Virus record (IMG/VR): IMGVR_UViG_3300049740_002155
Direction: 5' to 3' (one strand)
Origin: a virus
Taxonomy: Duplodnaviria > Caudoviricetes
DNA: 64,000 bases
Part shown: piece after piece, positions 9,223 to 20,868 of the stretch
Position numbering within the stretch: the stretch's first letter is position 1
Layout: every line of letters starts with the position of its first letter
Notes under the pieces: generated by a model
The model's input: only the letters and a program-made list of their open reading frames with translations
Told to the model about the DNA's origin: nothing
Database searches by the model: none
Program-made: the position numbers and the translations under genes

Positions 9223-10558
9223 TTCCGTGGGCAACAGCTGCATTTGCTACTCTTAAAAACCCACCAACATTTGCTCCGAGAGTATAATCTCCTTCTGTTC
9301 CGTATTTCCTTGCATTACGCAAACATGAAGCATGAATCTGCTTCATTATTTCTCGTAATTTATTATCGACTTGTGGCATACTCCACTTTTCCCATCCTGC
9401 GTTCTGACGCATTTCTAGTGCTGATACTGCAACCCCACCTGCGTTTACTGCTTTACTTGGTGCAACCACTACCAATTTATCATTAAATAACTTTATTGCG
9501 TCTTCTGTGCAAGGCATATTGGCTGCTTCTGCAACAAACTTACAATCATTATCAATAAGCATTTCCGCATCTTTTTCGTTTATTTCGTTTTGAATTGCAC
9601 TTGGTATTGCTATATCACACGGAACTTCCCAAGGTTTTTTTCCTTTGATATAATCAACTCCGAATTTTTCTGCGAATGGTTTTACAATGTCTTTGTTACT
9701 TTCACGCAACACTTCCATATACGGAATCATATTCTTTTTAATTCCATTCTTCATGTGAACATATCCATCTGGACCAGAAATAGTAACTACTTTAGCACCC
9801 ATTTCTACTGCTTTTTTTACAACACCAAATGCAACTTGACCAAATCCACTTACCGTAATAATTTTTCCTTTAATATTGGTGTGATGGTTTTTTAGCATTT
9901 CTTCTGTAAAATAAATTGTTCCGAATCCAGTTGCTTCTTTTCTTCCGTGTATACCTCCCCATGCAGGTGCTTTACCTGTAATAAGACCAGGTTCATATTT
10001 GCTATATAATGCTTTATATTGACCGAATAAATACCCTATCTCTTTATACCCAACTCCAATGTCACCCGCCGGTACATCTGTCTTGTGACCAAGGTGTTCA
10101 TGAAGTTTAGTCATAAACGACTGACAAAATCTCATAATCTCCAAATCTGTTTTTCCGTTAGGATCAAAATCACTTCCACCCTTTGCTCCTCCAATTTGTA
10201 AACCAGTTAATGAGTTCTTAAATGTTTGTTCAAATCCAAGAAACTTCATCGTTCCTAAATTCACACTTGGATGGAATCTCAATCCACCTTTGTATGGTCC
10301 TAGTACACTATTAAATTGAACACGATACCCACGATTAACATGAACATTTCCTATTTCGTCAATCCAAGGAACACTAAATATAATTTGTTTTTCTGGTTCT
10401 GCTAATCTTTCTAATAGATTTACTTTCTTAAACTCAGAATGTTTATCTATGACAGTGTGTAAACTTGAGTATACTTCATTTACTGCCTGTATAAATGTTG
10501 GTTCAGAATGATTTCTTTCTTCTACCCGTTTTATTACATCATCAACATACTTGCTCAT
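9215..10558 (-). CDS. gdhA: glutamate dehydrogenase, copy 1 (NAD(P)-dependent, hexameric type)
   Basis: [57 protein letters not shown]; start set at MSKYVDD (10558). Confidence 0.95.
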   Translation of the reverse strand: MSKYVDDVIKRVEERNHSEPTFIQAVNEVYSSLHTVIDKHSEFKKVNLLERLAEPEKQIIFSVPWIDEIGNVHVNRGYRVQFNSVLGPYKGGLRFHPSVNLGTMKFLGFEQTFKNSLTGLQIGGAKGGSDFDPNGKTDLEIMRFCQSFMTKLHEHLGHKTDVPAGDIGVGYKEIGYLFGQYKALYSKYEPGLITGKAPAWGGIHGRKEATGFGTIYFTEEMLKNHHTNIKGKIITVSGFGQVAFGVVKKAVEMGAKVVTISGPDGYVHMKNGIKKNMIPYMEVLRESNKDIVKPFAEKFGVDYIKGKKPWEVPCDIAIPSAIQNEINEKDAEMLIDNDCKFVAEAANMPCTEDAIKLFNDKLVVVAPSKAVNAGGVAVSALEMRQNAGWEKWSMPQVDNKLREIMKQIHASCLRNARKYGTEGDYTLGANVGGFLRVANAAVAHGII

Positions 10559-10577
10559 ATAGATATATATGTATTTA

Positions 10578-12000
<1,423 letters not shown>

Positions 12001-12011
12001 AATAAGTAATA

Positions 12012-12296
12012 ATGAAATACTATATAAAAGACTCAACACTTAAAGATTCTCCTGTTAAGTTGTTTGAATCCACCGAGTATGCGATAAACTATCTCAAGAG
12101 TATGGTTCAACGAAAGACAGGTATGAATTATGAACAATATTTAACACATCTTGCTGATTTAGGGCATTTTGGTTACGATGATCGTGAATTATACGAAAGT
12201 ATGCGTGATTCAGTAGATATGGGTGTATTGCGAGGAGAACAATTTCTTCGTTGCAATATATACGAAGCAACAATCAATAAAGATGGAAGTGATTAA
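12012..12296 (+). CDS. hypothetical protein (94 aa)
   Basis: ORF after a promoter, apparently co-transcribed with the nuclease gene. Confidence 0.75.
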   Translation: MKYYIKDSTLKDSPVKLFESTEYAINYLKSMVQRKTGMNYEQYLTHLADLGHFGYDDRELYESMRDSVDMGVLRGEQFLRCNIYEATINKDGSD

Positions 12297-12302
12297 TTTA
12301 TT

Positions 12303-13241
12303 ATGACACAAGTAGCAGCTGGAGAAAAAAAAGAAGTAAAAGAAAAGAAGTTTAACAAGTATGTGAGTTTCTCACAATACTCAATGTATTACAAGTGTCC
12401 TCGTAGTTGGAAACTTGCATATGTTGATAATCTTCGTAAGAAAGAAGCAAATATACATTTAGTATTTGGAACTTCTATGCACGAAACTATACAAGATTAT
12501 CTTGAGATGTTATACAACCAACCACACCTTGATACTGAAAGTGTTGATTGGAAAGCAAAGTTATTGCAAATAATGACTGAACTTGCCGATAATGAACGTA
12601 ATCTTATTGATGGTAAACGTTGTATGGACGATGCCACCTTCAATGAATTTATTCAAGATGGCAATGAAATACTTGATTATTTGCTTTCGGATGATATTCG
12701 CAGTAAATTCTTTTCAAAAACTCGTTATTCGTTATCTGGCATTGAAACTTCAATTGATTTAGAAGTTCGTAACAATGTTGGATACATTGGATTTCTTGAC
12801 GTTGTGCTATTTGATAAAATCAATCAAAAGTATAAAATCATTGACTTGAAAACATCTACACGTGGATGGAACAAGTGGCAAAAAGCAGATGAAAGTAAAA
12901 CTCATCAATTGCTCTTGTATAAAGTATTTTATGCTAAAGAATTTAATGTACCCTTGGATAAAATAGAGGTTGAGTTTATTATTCTTAAACGTAAACACGA
13001 TCCAGATGATCCTTGGGGTGGTGACCGTATTCAACGATTTATTCCACCTCACGGAACAATGAGTAGCAAAGAAGCATGGTCAAGTTTCAATAACTTTTTA
13101 AATGAATCATTTACCAAACGTGGTGAATATAATATGGATTGTTCTTTCCCAAAAACACCTGGTAAAAACAAAAAGAATTGTCGTTATTGCGAGTTTGCAA
13201 AAAAGGCCGGAGGTCCGTGTGACGGAAAAGAAGGAGAATAA
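12303..13241 (+). CDS. PD-(D/E)XK (RecB/Cas4-like) exonuclease
   Basis: SFSQ...KCP, FGTSMH, GFLDVV, IIDLKT, QLLLY, C-terminal CRYCEF...C (possible 4-Cys cluster). Confidence 0.85.
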   Translation: MTQVAAGEKKEVKEKKFNKYVSFSQYSMYYKCPRSWKLAYVDNLRKKEANIHLVFGTSMHETIQDYLEMLYNQPHLDTESVDWKAKLLQIMTELADNERNLIDGKRCMDDATFNEFIQDGNEILDYLLSDDIRSKFFSKTRYSLSGIETSIDLEVRNNVGYIGFLDVVLFDKINQKYKIIDLKTSTRGWNKWQKADESKTHQLLLYKVFYAKEFNVPLDKIEVEFIILKRKHDPDDPWGGDRIQRFIPPHGTMSSKEAWSSFNNFLNESFTKRGEYNMDCSFPKTPGKNKKNCRYCEFAKKAGGPCDGKEGE

Positions 13242-13268
13242 AAGTATTTTAGATTATATTTATATAAA

Positions 13269-13312
13269 GATAATGCTCAACGGAGATTGTCTAGAATGCT
13301 CAAACGAGATTC
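13269..13312 (+). promoter_or_regulatory. tandem bulged-G hairpins in the dnaK leader (putative cis-regulatory RNA)
   Basis: gataat-G-ctc-aacg-gag-attgtc (13269-13291) and gaat-G-ctc-aaac-gag-attc (13294-13312); same architecture as the hsp20 leader. Confidence 0.7.
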
Positions 13313-13347
13313 AAACAAAACTAACAAAATAAAAAGAGGAATAAAAA

Positions 13348-15279
13348 ATGGCTAAAGTAATTGGCATTGATTTAGGTACATCGAACAGTTGTGTTGCGGT
13401 GGTAGAAGCAGGAGAACCAAAAGTGATAACCAACTCAGAGGGAGCAAGAACTACCCCAAGTATAGTTGGATTTGCAAAAGACGGAGAAAGACTTGTAGGT
13501 CAATCCGCAAAAAGACAAGCAGTCACTAATCCAGAGAATACAATTTTTTCTGCGAAACGTTTAATCGGAAGAAAATACAAGGAAGTAAAAAACGAAGTTA
13601 AAAATCTTCCCTATGAAGTTGTCTCGGGTAAAAACGGAGATGCTTATATTAAGTGTAAAGAAGGTGACGAAGAAAAAGAATATGCACCTGAATTCATTTC
13701 AAGTATCATTCTGAGTAAACTTAAAGCAGATGCAGAAGCATATCTTGGTGAGGAGGTAAAACAAGCAGTTGTTACAGTACCTGCTTACTTTAACGATTCA
13801 CAAAGACAAGCAACTAAAGATGCAGGTGAAATCGCAGGACTTGAAGTGTTGCGTATCGTCAACGAACCAACGGCTGCATCTCTTGCCTATGGATTAGAAA
13901 AAAAGAACGAAGAAACAATCGCAGTTTATGACCTCGGTGGTGGAACTTATGATGTTTCTATTTTAGAAATCGGAGACGGAGTATTTGAAGTTAAATCTAC
14001 CAACGGTGACACTCAATTGGGTGGTGACAATTGGGATGAAACTCTTATTCAATATTTGTTAGATGAATTTAAAAAAGATTCTGGAATTGATTTAAGTGGT
14101 GACGGACAAGCAATGCAACGTCTTAAAGAAGAAGCTGAAAAAGCAAAAGTTGCTTTATCGTCAAGTGCTTCCACCACAATTAATCTTCCGTTTATTACTG
14201 CGGATGCAAGTGGTCCTAAGCATTTGAATGTAGAAGTTACTCGTTCAAAGTTTGAACAAATTTGTGATCCTCTTTATACTCGCACAAAAGAACCATTTGA
14301 AAAATGTCTTGATGATGCGGGTATCACAATGAGTGAAGTTAAAAATCTAATTCTCGTTGGTGGGATGACTCGTAGTCCTAAAGTTGTTGAGATAGCAAAA
14401 GAACTTGCAGGTGGTAATGATCCACACCAAGGAGTTAATCCAGATGAGGTAGTTGCTTTGGGTGCGGCTATTCAAGGTGCTATATTAGCAGGAGACGAGG
14501 GTGTAAGTGATGTTTTGTTGCTTGATGTAACTCCTCTTACTCTTGGAATAGAAACTGCCGGTGGAGTGTCTACACCGATGATTGAACGCAACACTACAAT
14601 TCCAACAAAAAAGTCGCAAATATTTACAACCGCAGGTGATAATCAACCAGCAGTTGATATTGTAATTCTTCAAGGAGAACGAGCAATGTCTGTTGATAAT
14701 AAAAAACTTGGTACATTCAAGTTAGATGGAATTCAACCTGCACCAAGAGGTACTCCACAAATTGAAGTTACATTTGATATTGATGCAAATGGTATTCTTA
14801 ATGTAAGTGCTACTGATAAGGGTACAGGTAAAGATCAAAAGATTACAATTAGTGATTCTAGTGGTCTTGACAAAGAAGAAGTTGAACGCATGAAAGCAGA
14901 TGCTGAAAAGTATGCTGACGAAGATAAACAAAAGAAAGAAGGAATCGAACTTCGTAATCAAGTAGATTCCACCGTTTATCAAATTGAAAAAATTCTTGAG
15001 GAAAACAAAGAAAAGATTCCTGAAGAAGAATCAAAGCAAATAAGTGAACTTCTTGAAGATGTTAAAAAGCAACTTGAGAATACTTCACTTGAAAGTGATA
15101 AATTGAAAGAACTTAATTCTTCTTTGATGGAACAACTCCAAAAACTTGCTCCACATATGCAAGCAGAGCAAGAAAGTGCTACTCCGGAAGACGAACCATC
15201 TACTACTGAGTCCGAAGATGTAGTGGATGCTGACTTTGAAGTTGTTGATGAAGAAGAAAAGGAAGAAACTAAAAAGTAG
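13348..15279 (+). CDS. dnaK: Hsp70 chaperone DnaK
   Basis: [42 protein letters not shown], full substrate-binding domain; AGAGGA SD. Confidence 0.98.
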   Translation: MAKVIGIDLGTSNSCVAVVEAGEPKVITNSEGARTTPSIVGFAKDGERLVGQSAKRQAVTNPENTIFSAKRLIGRKYKEVKNEVKNLPYEVVSGKNGDAYIKCKEGDEEKEYAPEFISSIILSKLKADAEAYLGEEVKQAVVTVPAYFNDSQRQATKDAGEIAGLEVLRIVNEPTAASLAYGLEKKNEETIAVYDLGGGTYDVSILEIGDGVFEVKSTNGDTQLGGDNWDETLIQYLLDEFKKDSGIDLSGDGQAMQRLKEEAEKAKVALSSSASTTINLPFITADASGPKHLNVEVTRSKFEQICDPLYTRTKEPFEKCLDDAGITMSEVKNLILVGGMTRSPKVVEIAKELAGGNDPHQGVNPDEVVALGAAIQGAILAGDEGVSDVLLLDVTPLTLGIETAGGVSTPMIERNTTIPTKKSQIFTTAGDNQPAVDIVILQGERAMSVDNKKLGTFKLDGIQPAPRGTPQIEVTFDIDANGILNVSATDKGTGKDQKITISDSSGLDKEEVERMKADAEKYADEDKQKKEGIELRNQVDSTVYQIEKILEENKEKIPEEESKQISELLEDVKKQLENTSLESDKLKELNSSLMEQLQKLAPHMQAEQESATPEDEPSTTESEDVVDADFEVVDEEEKEETKK

Positions 15280-15301
15280 TTTTTAGATAGTATTAGTAAA
15301 T

Positions 15302-15334
15302 AAAAAAGGTGGAATTTATTTCCACCTTTTTTTT
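15302..15334 (+). terminator. intrinsic terminator after dnaK
   Basis: aaaaaaggtggaa-tttat-ttccacctttttt perfect stem plus T tract. Confidence 0.85.
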
Positions 15335-15367
15335 ATAAAAACAGTTAGTTGCTTTATATTTATATGC

Positions 15368-15556
15368 GTGAAGAATGGTGAAGTAATTACAAGAATAAAA
15401 AAACGAGCCTATCAACTTAGGCATTTTCGCAAAGAAGGATTTGATGACTCACACTTGGATTCTAAGTGCATAATACACGAAATCAAGTTTCTTTTTAATA
15501 TGCTATCTAAAAAAGAGCAAAGTGATATTCTAAATAAACCATGGCTAGACGATTAA
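15368..15556 (+). CDS. hypothetical protein (62 aa, GTG start)
   Basis: follows TATTTATA (15357-15364). Confidence 0.6.
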   Translation: MKNGEVITRIKKRAYQLRHFRKEGFDDSHLDSKCIIHEIKFLFNMLSKKEQSDILNKPWLDD

Positions 15557-15572
15557 TAAAACACTTACTATA

Positions 15573-16022
15573 ATGGAAAAAATAATTAAAGGATTTACGT
15601 GTGGGGCAATGGATGTGTTTCATGCAGGCCATGTGCTTATGATGGAAGATTGTAAACGTCATTGTGATTATTTAATTGTGGGATTGCACACCAACCCGCA
15701 ATTAGATAGAGCAGATAAAAACAAACCAGTTCAATCGGTTGTGGAAAGATATATACAGCTTCGTGGCAGTAAATTCGTTGACGAAATCATTCCATATGAA
15801 ACTGAATCCGATTTATTAGAAATTTTAAAAGGCATTGATTATGATGTTCGTTTCGTTGGAGATGATTGGAAAGATAAACCATTTACTGGTCATGATCTTC
15901 CTGGACATTTAGATAAAGTCCTGTACAATTCTCGTAAGCATGATTATAGTAGTTCTGCACTCAGACGAAGAGTTGCCGAAGGTGAGAAATTAGAAAAGAA
16001 AAATAAAACAAAGAGTAAATAA
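15573..16022 (+). CDS. TagD-like (glycerol-3-phosphate) cytidylyltransferase
   Basis: FTCGAMDVFHAGH (HxGH), LIVGL, KPVQSVVER, VDEIIPYETE, YSSSALR. Confidence 0.85.
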   Translation: MEKIIKGFTCGAMDVFHAGHVLMMEDCKRHCDYLIVGLHTNPQLDRADKNKPVQSVVERYIQLRGSKFVDEIIPYETESDLLEILKGIDYDVRFVGDDWKDKPFTGHDLPGHLDKVLYNSRKHDYSSSALRRRVAEGEKLEKKNKTKSK

Positions 16023-16070
16023 AAATATATATTATATTTATATTCAAATAAAGGTTATATTCACTTATTG

Positions 16071-16553
16071 ATGAATTGTGATATGAACTTTATTTACTTT
16101 ATATGTCCCGAAACTCCCCAATTTGCAAAATATTGTGAGGGGTTCTATAACTACTTAACATATGGATACAAAAATTGGACACGTGACAGATATGTATCAT
16201 CCAACCCAAAGGATAAAGACGGAAGATCGAGAACTTTGATTTCAAAAAATGCTCCTGTTTCGGATGAAATGAAAACATCAGATTGGGTATTTGACAGAAT
16301 ATATCAAAAAGTAATTACAAGTGATTGTTACACTCACACATATCAACAGATTACAAAAGAAGAAATAGAATCAAGTAAGCAGATAGTATTTATTACTTCA
16401 AACTCTAAACCAAGATCAATTCCATCGTATTTATATACAAAACACAATTCTGTAACTGTTTGGAAACTATCTAATATACACAAACACTCCGATGCAAAGT
16501 ACTCATTACTTGAGTCTAAGTTAAGAGGTATGGCCAAACCTTATCAGTCGTAA
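16071..16553 (+). CDS. hypothetical protein, possibly a degenerate LMW-PTP/ArsC fold
   Basis: FIYFICPETPQFAKYCEGF, QITKEEIESSKQIVFI and VTVWKL spaced like LMWPc elements, but no CX5R Arg. Confidence 0.5.
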   Translation: MNCDMNFIYFICPETPQFAKYCEGFYNYLTYGYKNWTRDRYVSSNPKDKDGRSRTLISKNAPVSDEMKTSDWVFDRIYQKVITSDCYTHTYQQITKEEIESSKQIVFITSNSKPRSIPSYLYTKHNSVTVWKLSNIHKHSDAKYSLLESKLRGMAKPYQS

Positions 16554-18970
16554 AGATTTCCTACGACATCTCCGAAGTTACGCATAATAATACCAGCACA
16601 CGCATTTGCTTCATTCTCTATATCACTACCAGTTTCTCCACTATCTATTTCAAGTAGACCCAGTTCGTTTTGTTTTTGGTGAACCATTTCGTGTGCTATA
16701 CTTCTACAAACATCAGCAAATGCTCTTTCTTTTGTATATATAGAAATTTCATTGGTATTCGGATCATAACAAGCAGCCGTCATATGCTCATGTCGTTTCT
16801 CTAAAAGTTTTACTGATACTTTTTCTTTTAATTGTAGTGCGTTTTTTGCAAATTTGATAAACTCTTGAACATTGTCTTTGTTCATTGCGACTTCGTTTAA
16901 TGCTTTTTTATTATTCATTATTTTAATTTCCTTGATAGTTGCTCCTCCTGTTCTAACGATTTCACGAAAGAACCAACGAGTCCATTCTCCTAATTTACCA
17001 GGACCTCTTATTATATATAGTTTAAATGCTTCTGCAAATGCTTCTTCTGGATTTGTATTCCCGTAGTTAGTAATGTGTTCAATCGGAATTTCCTTACCAG
17101 GACCAACCCATCTATCTGCTAATTTTGTTACAACTTCTTTTCTGTTCTCGGTTGACCAAACCGATGACATTTGCATTGCCTTGAACTTTGCTTTGGTCTC
17201 GACATTGTCTTCGTTTTTATCAATGACTTTTAATCCTGCTCGTCTTTTGTATATCTTGCTTCCATTCTTATCAAAATACTTTTCTACATAATCTTCTACA
17301 TCTTTACGTTCAATAGATACTTTCTTGCTTTTGATCGTATCTTGCCAATGCTTCTTTGCATTAGATGGAACATTACGATACCAAAAACGATGACCAAGTT
17401 CGTGAGTGAATGTATCTTGGGTCATTCCACATCCGTACAACTTGAGCATATCTTTATTCATATAATACTCACCATTAACCATTTCTCCAGTATCTGCTGT
17501 TAATCCGAAGTCTAAATCAACGGTTAATCCTTCTATACACTTTCCGAAACCTGCTTTTTGAATTTTCTTTGACCAACTCTTAATTCCATTTACTAACTCA
17601 TTGAAACTTTTTTCACGACTTGCTTCTCCTTGTTCTGTTCCACCTTTTCTTTTGAAGTTATGAATAACCAATTTGACAGGTCCTATTTGTGCTTGTTCAA
17701 TTGGTTTCTCTCGTTCTTGATCACCTTCTATCGCAATGTACTGAAGAAGTGCTTTGATTCCCAAACGGAATTCTGCACGATACCTTCGAATGTTTGTTTC
17801 TCGTTCTCGTGCCAGTATTTGTGGACTTACACGATGCTTTTTATCTATAAAGTCCCACATCTCTGGAAAGTTACCACCAAGACTTGTAACTGCTCTCCAA
17901 CATTTTTCACGAACTTCTTTTTCTTCCCAGGTTTCCAGTTCCTTACCCTTCGCACCTGTATGTTTATACTGCAAAAAGAATTTGTAAACCCATTGTTCAA
18001 AGTTTTCTTGGAATGTACCAAATGCTCTTCTTACTTTCTTAAAGTCTTTGATTGTCTGTGGGTCTTCACTGTTACCACCAATTGCTTTGTATGCTTTAGT
18101 AAGAACTCTTAAATCCTTTGCCCACTTCTTTACTGAGTTGCTATCAACCTTTACTTTGCTTTCTGAAATGATTTCCGACAGATTACCTTTTTGTATATAC
18201 ATATATAAACCTGCTAATCGTTTCTTAAACTTTTTGAGATATTTACTGTTGATATATGTAAGAAAGTCTTTATCAAAAAACTCTACATCAATTGCCCAAT
18301 CTTGAAATGATTTGTAACTTTCTAATTTCTTCTTTTTAAAGTCGGCAAGAAATTCCGGACGATGTGCAAACCGATCAGATAGATTTTTCCATACACGAAC
18401 TATCTGAGATTGTCCTGCTTGATAATATGCATTAAATTCTTCTGGTGTGTTGTAGTATCCTTCTATATCTTGTGTATCTAAGTACTTGGCACTTGTTTTT
18501 CCTAAACCACGACTACGATACCTTAAATGATCAAGAAAGTGTATATATTCGTGAATGAATGTATCTTTATCAAGACGAGTATCCATATACTTGCCATTGT
18601 AATCACCAATTAGATTGGCATTTACAATTACACCTTTAAATGATATTCCCCCAACTTTCAAACTTTTGTTTGTAAAACCACCTGCGATTGTTACTCCACC
18701 ACGTGATGAGCTTTTTGTTGGAATGAAAAATAATACTACCTCACTTAAAGACGGAAAGTTTTTATCTATGTCTGTTCCTCTAAGAGCAACACCTTTCCAT
18801 TGTGTAAGTGGTATAAATGGTTTGTTGACTATACTATTCTCACCTTCACCTTCTAATTTATCTTTATGTTTAGTTAAAAATCGCACCACTTTATCATATG
18901 CTTTTTCGGCAATACCTGTGTAATACATATCTTGCTCTACATTTGCTTCTTTTATATGGGTGCTATTCAT
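16544..18970 (-). CDS. multi-domain protein with three zincin-like (HExxH) metallopeptidase motifs
   Basis: HEYIH (18539-18553), HELGH (17390-17404), HEMVH (16679-16693), each followed by a candidate third-ligand Glu motif (TPEEFNA, NPEEAFAE, ENEANA). Confidence 0.75.
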   Translation of the reverse strand: MNSTHIKEANVEQDMYYTGIAEKAYDKVVRFLTKHKDKLEGEGENSIVNKPFIPLTQWKGVALRGTDIDKNFPSLSEVVLFFIPTKSSSRGGVTIAGGFTNKSLKVGGISFKGVIVNANLIGDYNGKYMDTRLDKDTFIHEYIHFLDHLRYRSRGLGKTSAKYLDTQDIEGYYNTPEEFNAYYQAGQSQIVRVWKNLSDRFAHRPEFLADFKKKKLESYKSFQDWAIDVEFFDKDFLTYINSKYLKKFKKRLAGLYMYIQKGNLSEIISESKVKVDSNSVKKWAKDLRVLTKAYKAIGGNSEDPQTIKDFKKVRRAFGTFQENFEQWVYKFFLQYKHTGAKGKELETWEEKEVREKCWRAVTSLGGNFPEMWDFIDKKHRVSPQILARERETNIRRYRAEFRLGIKALLQYIAIEGDQEREKPIEQAQIGPVKLVIHNFKRKGGTEQGEASREKSFNELVNGIKSWSKKIQKAGFGKCIEGLTVDLDFGLTADTGEMVNGEYYMNKDMLKLYGCGMTQDTFTHELGHRFWYRNVPSNAKKHWQDTIKSKKVSIERKDVEDYVEKYFDKNGSKIYKRRAGLKVIDKNEDNVETKAKFKAMQMSSVWSTENRKEVVTKLADRWVGPGKEIPIEHITNYGNTNPEEAFAEAFKLYIIRGPGKLGEWTRWFFREIVRTGGATIKEIKIMNNKKALNEVAMNKDNVQEFIKFAKNALQLKEKVSVKLLEKRHEHMTAACYDPNTNEISIYTKERAFADVCRSIAHEMVHQKQNELGLLEIDSGETGSDIENEANACAGIIMRNFGDVVGNLYD

Positions 18971-19020
18971 CAAGTATAAATATTAACTAGCTATAAATAT
19001 ATACATTTTATATAAGTACA

Positions 19021-19052
19021 AAAAAAGAACCAATCCGAAGACTGGTTCTTTT
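19021..19052 (-). terminator. intrinsic terminator with UUCG tetraloop
   Basis: minus strand aaaagaaccagtc-ttcg-gattggttctttttt, downstream of the clamp/clamp-loader operon. Confidence 0.85.
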
Positions 19053-19072
19053 ATACATAACCTTTTTTTGTG

Positions 19073-19177
19073 TTATTCGTTTCCAGTTAATATAAACCAA
19101 ATCTGCAAACACATAATAAAAGCAAATGCTACTATTCCACCTAGCAACTCGTATATTGCATATAGTCTTCTTTTCAC
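19073..19177 (-). CDS. small single-pass membrane peptide (34 aa), not in the ORF track
   Basis: GTG overlaps the clamp-loader TGA; MKRRLYAIYELLGGIVAFAFIMCLQIWFILTGNE; terminator follows. Confidence 0.5.
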   Translation of the reverse strand: MKRRLYAIYELLGGIVAFAFIMCLQIWFILTGNE

Positions 19178-20136
19178 TCTAGCATTTTTTCTAATATTTG
19201 AACAATTGTTGATGCAAATGTGATTTCTTTATCGACAACTAAACTATCATGGTAGGTTTGTTGGTCAAGAATGACTACGACCTTTCCACTTTTACCGGGA
19301 GCATATTCGTCTACATTATCAAACAAAAACTTGTATACATCTGTGAAATCGTTTATTTTTTCATTTGCAATAAGTTGACGGACATCTTTCCATGCTTTCT
19401 TGGGGTCTTTACTTGCATTCTTTAGAATTTCCAATAATTTCAACTTATAGTCACCTTCAATGAGGTCTTCTTTGACAACCTCAAGAGTACCATTGATACT
19501 ATTTTGTTGTGCGTTGTTGATTACCTTACGAATATCAGGATATCCTTTATTCACCATCAATGCAATATCATCTGGTTGTGCTTTAACGGACTCCTTTGCA
19601 AGAATCTTAGCAAGATGAATTGCAACATCTTTACGATTGGGAGGAACGATGTTGAATGTTTGACAACGACTGACAATCGGTTCAATGATTTTTTCGTGGT
19701 AATTACAAGTAAGAATAAAACGAGTAGTGGCACTAAACTGCTCCATAAGATTTCTTAAAGCAGCCTGAGCATTACCTGTAAGAAAGTCACACTCATCAAG
19801 TAGAATAATCTTAAGGTCATTGAAACCCATACTACTTGCGAACGACTTAATCTTTGTACGAACGGTATCCACATTATTTTCATCACTCGCATTGATGTAC
19901 AGATAATCACAAGGAACTTGTTTGGTAATCAACTTACCTAAAGTTGTTTTACCCGTACCTGCTTTACCATACAAAAGCAAATGAGGAATGTCCTTGGACT
20001 CAATCCAAGATGCAGCCCGTTTCTTTAAAGGTTCGTTTCCGATATAATCGGATAAGTCTTTGGGTCGATATTTCTCAACCCAAAGACTATTTTCCGATTC
20101 AACTGGAGACTTTGTTGCTTCTTCTAAGAAATTCAT
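19174..20136 (-). CDS. gp44: clamp loader AAA+ subunit (T4 gp44 / RFC-small-like)
   Basis: LWVEKYRP, GKAGTGKTT Walker A, LLDECD Walker B, SRC motif. Confidence 0.95.
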   Translation of the reverse strand: MNFLEEATKSPVESENSLWVEKYRPKDLSDYIGNEPLKKRAASWIESKDIPHLLLYGKAGTGKTTLGKLITKQVPCDYLYINASDENNVDTVRTKIKSFASSMGFNDLKIILLDECDFLTGNAQAALRNLMEQFSATTRFILTCNYHEKIIEPIVSRCQTFNIVPPNRKDVAIHLAKILAKESVKAQPDDIALMVNKGYPDIRKVINNAQQNSINGTLEVVKEDLIEGDYKLKLLEILKNASKDPKKAWKDVRQLIANEKINDFTDVYKFLFDNVDEYAPGKSGKVVVILDQQTYHDSLVVDKEITFASTIVQILEKMLE

Positions 20137-20861
20137 TAATCGGTTGTTTGAATTTCAACCAAGTAATAACTGCTACGGAAGTCACCGACTTCAAACTCAA
20201 TGCTTGCAATTCCCTTGGAACTAACATTGAGGACACTCTTTTCAGAGTCACTGTTTGCATTAAGAATTTCCTTAAAATACTTTGAGGAAAAACTAATAGG
20301 ATCTGTGATTGTACTCTTACCTTCGGTGATCGCATTCAAAGAAACACGATTGCTATTGATAGTAGAATAACCAATTACCAACTGAATTCCGTCCTTAGAC
20401 GGAACGATGGTAAAGGTATCACAATCACTCAATGCACTTGCTGAACGAACAAACTTCTTTGCGAAGTCGTTGCTAAAAGGAATTTGCAGATCAAAATCTG
20501 GCAAGTCCTTCAATGCAGGTACATTAGGAATTACTGCTAAATCAGCAAGCATGAAGTTAACACTTGTTGTGTCATCTGAAACATTAATGCTGACATTCTT
20601 TTCGTTCTTTTCAACGACCTCAACATTAATTTCGTCACCAACGACTGACAACAACTGCTTCAACTTTGCAGTATCATAAACACCAACTTCACCTTCTGTG
20701 AGTTCAAAGTCCTTTGCAGATACTTTGCCGAGAACACTTTTGTCATCGGTAATGAAGGTGGTTTCGCAAACGTTGTCTCCGTTAGTTTCCCACTTAACTG
20801 ATTCTACGTTACCATTAAGATTGTAACGAGAAATGAATTGTAGTACTTTATCTTTTTTCAT
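20136..20861 (-). CDS. gp45: DNA sliding clamp (T4 gp45-like)
   Basis: 241 aa acidic, beta-rich ORF coupled by TAATG to the clamp loader; C-terminal SSKGIASIEF...SSYYLV pattern. Confidence 0.8.
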   Translation of the reverse strand: MKKDKVLQFISRYNLNGNVESVKWETNGDNVCETTFITDDKSVLGKVSAKDFELTEGEVGVYDTAKLKQLLSVVGDEINVEVVEKNEKNVSINVSDDTTSVNFMLADLAVIPNVPALKDLPDFDLQIPFSNDFAKKFVRSASALSDCDTFTIVPSKDGIQLVIGYSTINSNRVSLNAITEGKSTITDPISFSSKYFKEILNANSDSEKSVLNVSSKGIASIEFEVGDFRSSYYLVEIQTTD

Positions 20862-20868
20862 AGTTTAT

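Noticed and set aside
9215-10558. GDH copy 1 as a pseudogene or inactive regulatory subunit
   Set aside because: The ORF is intact and all recognisable catalytic residues are present; only biochemistry could show inactivity.
12303-13340. CRISPR-Cas locus around the Cas4-like nuclease
   Set aside because: There is no repeat-spacer array and no other cas gene. The repeat before dnaK has only two units with a ~7 nt gap and fits hairpins instead.
13250-13347. CIRCE/HrcA operator upstream of dnaK
   Set aside because: No TTAGCACTC-N9-GAGTGCTAA match; only a superficial CTC/GAG likeness.
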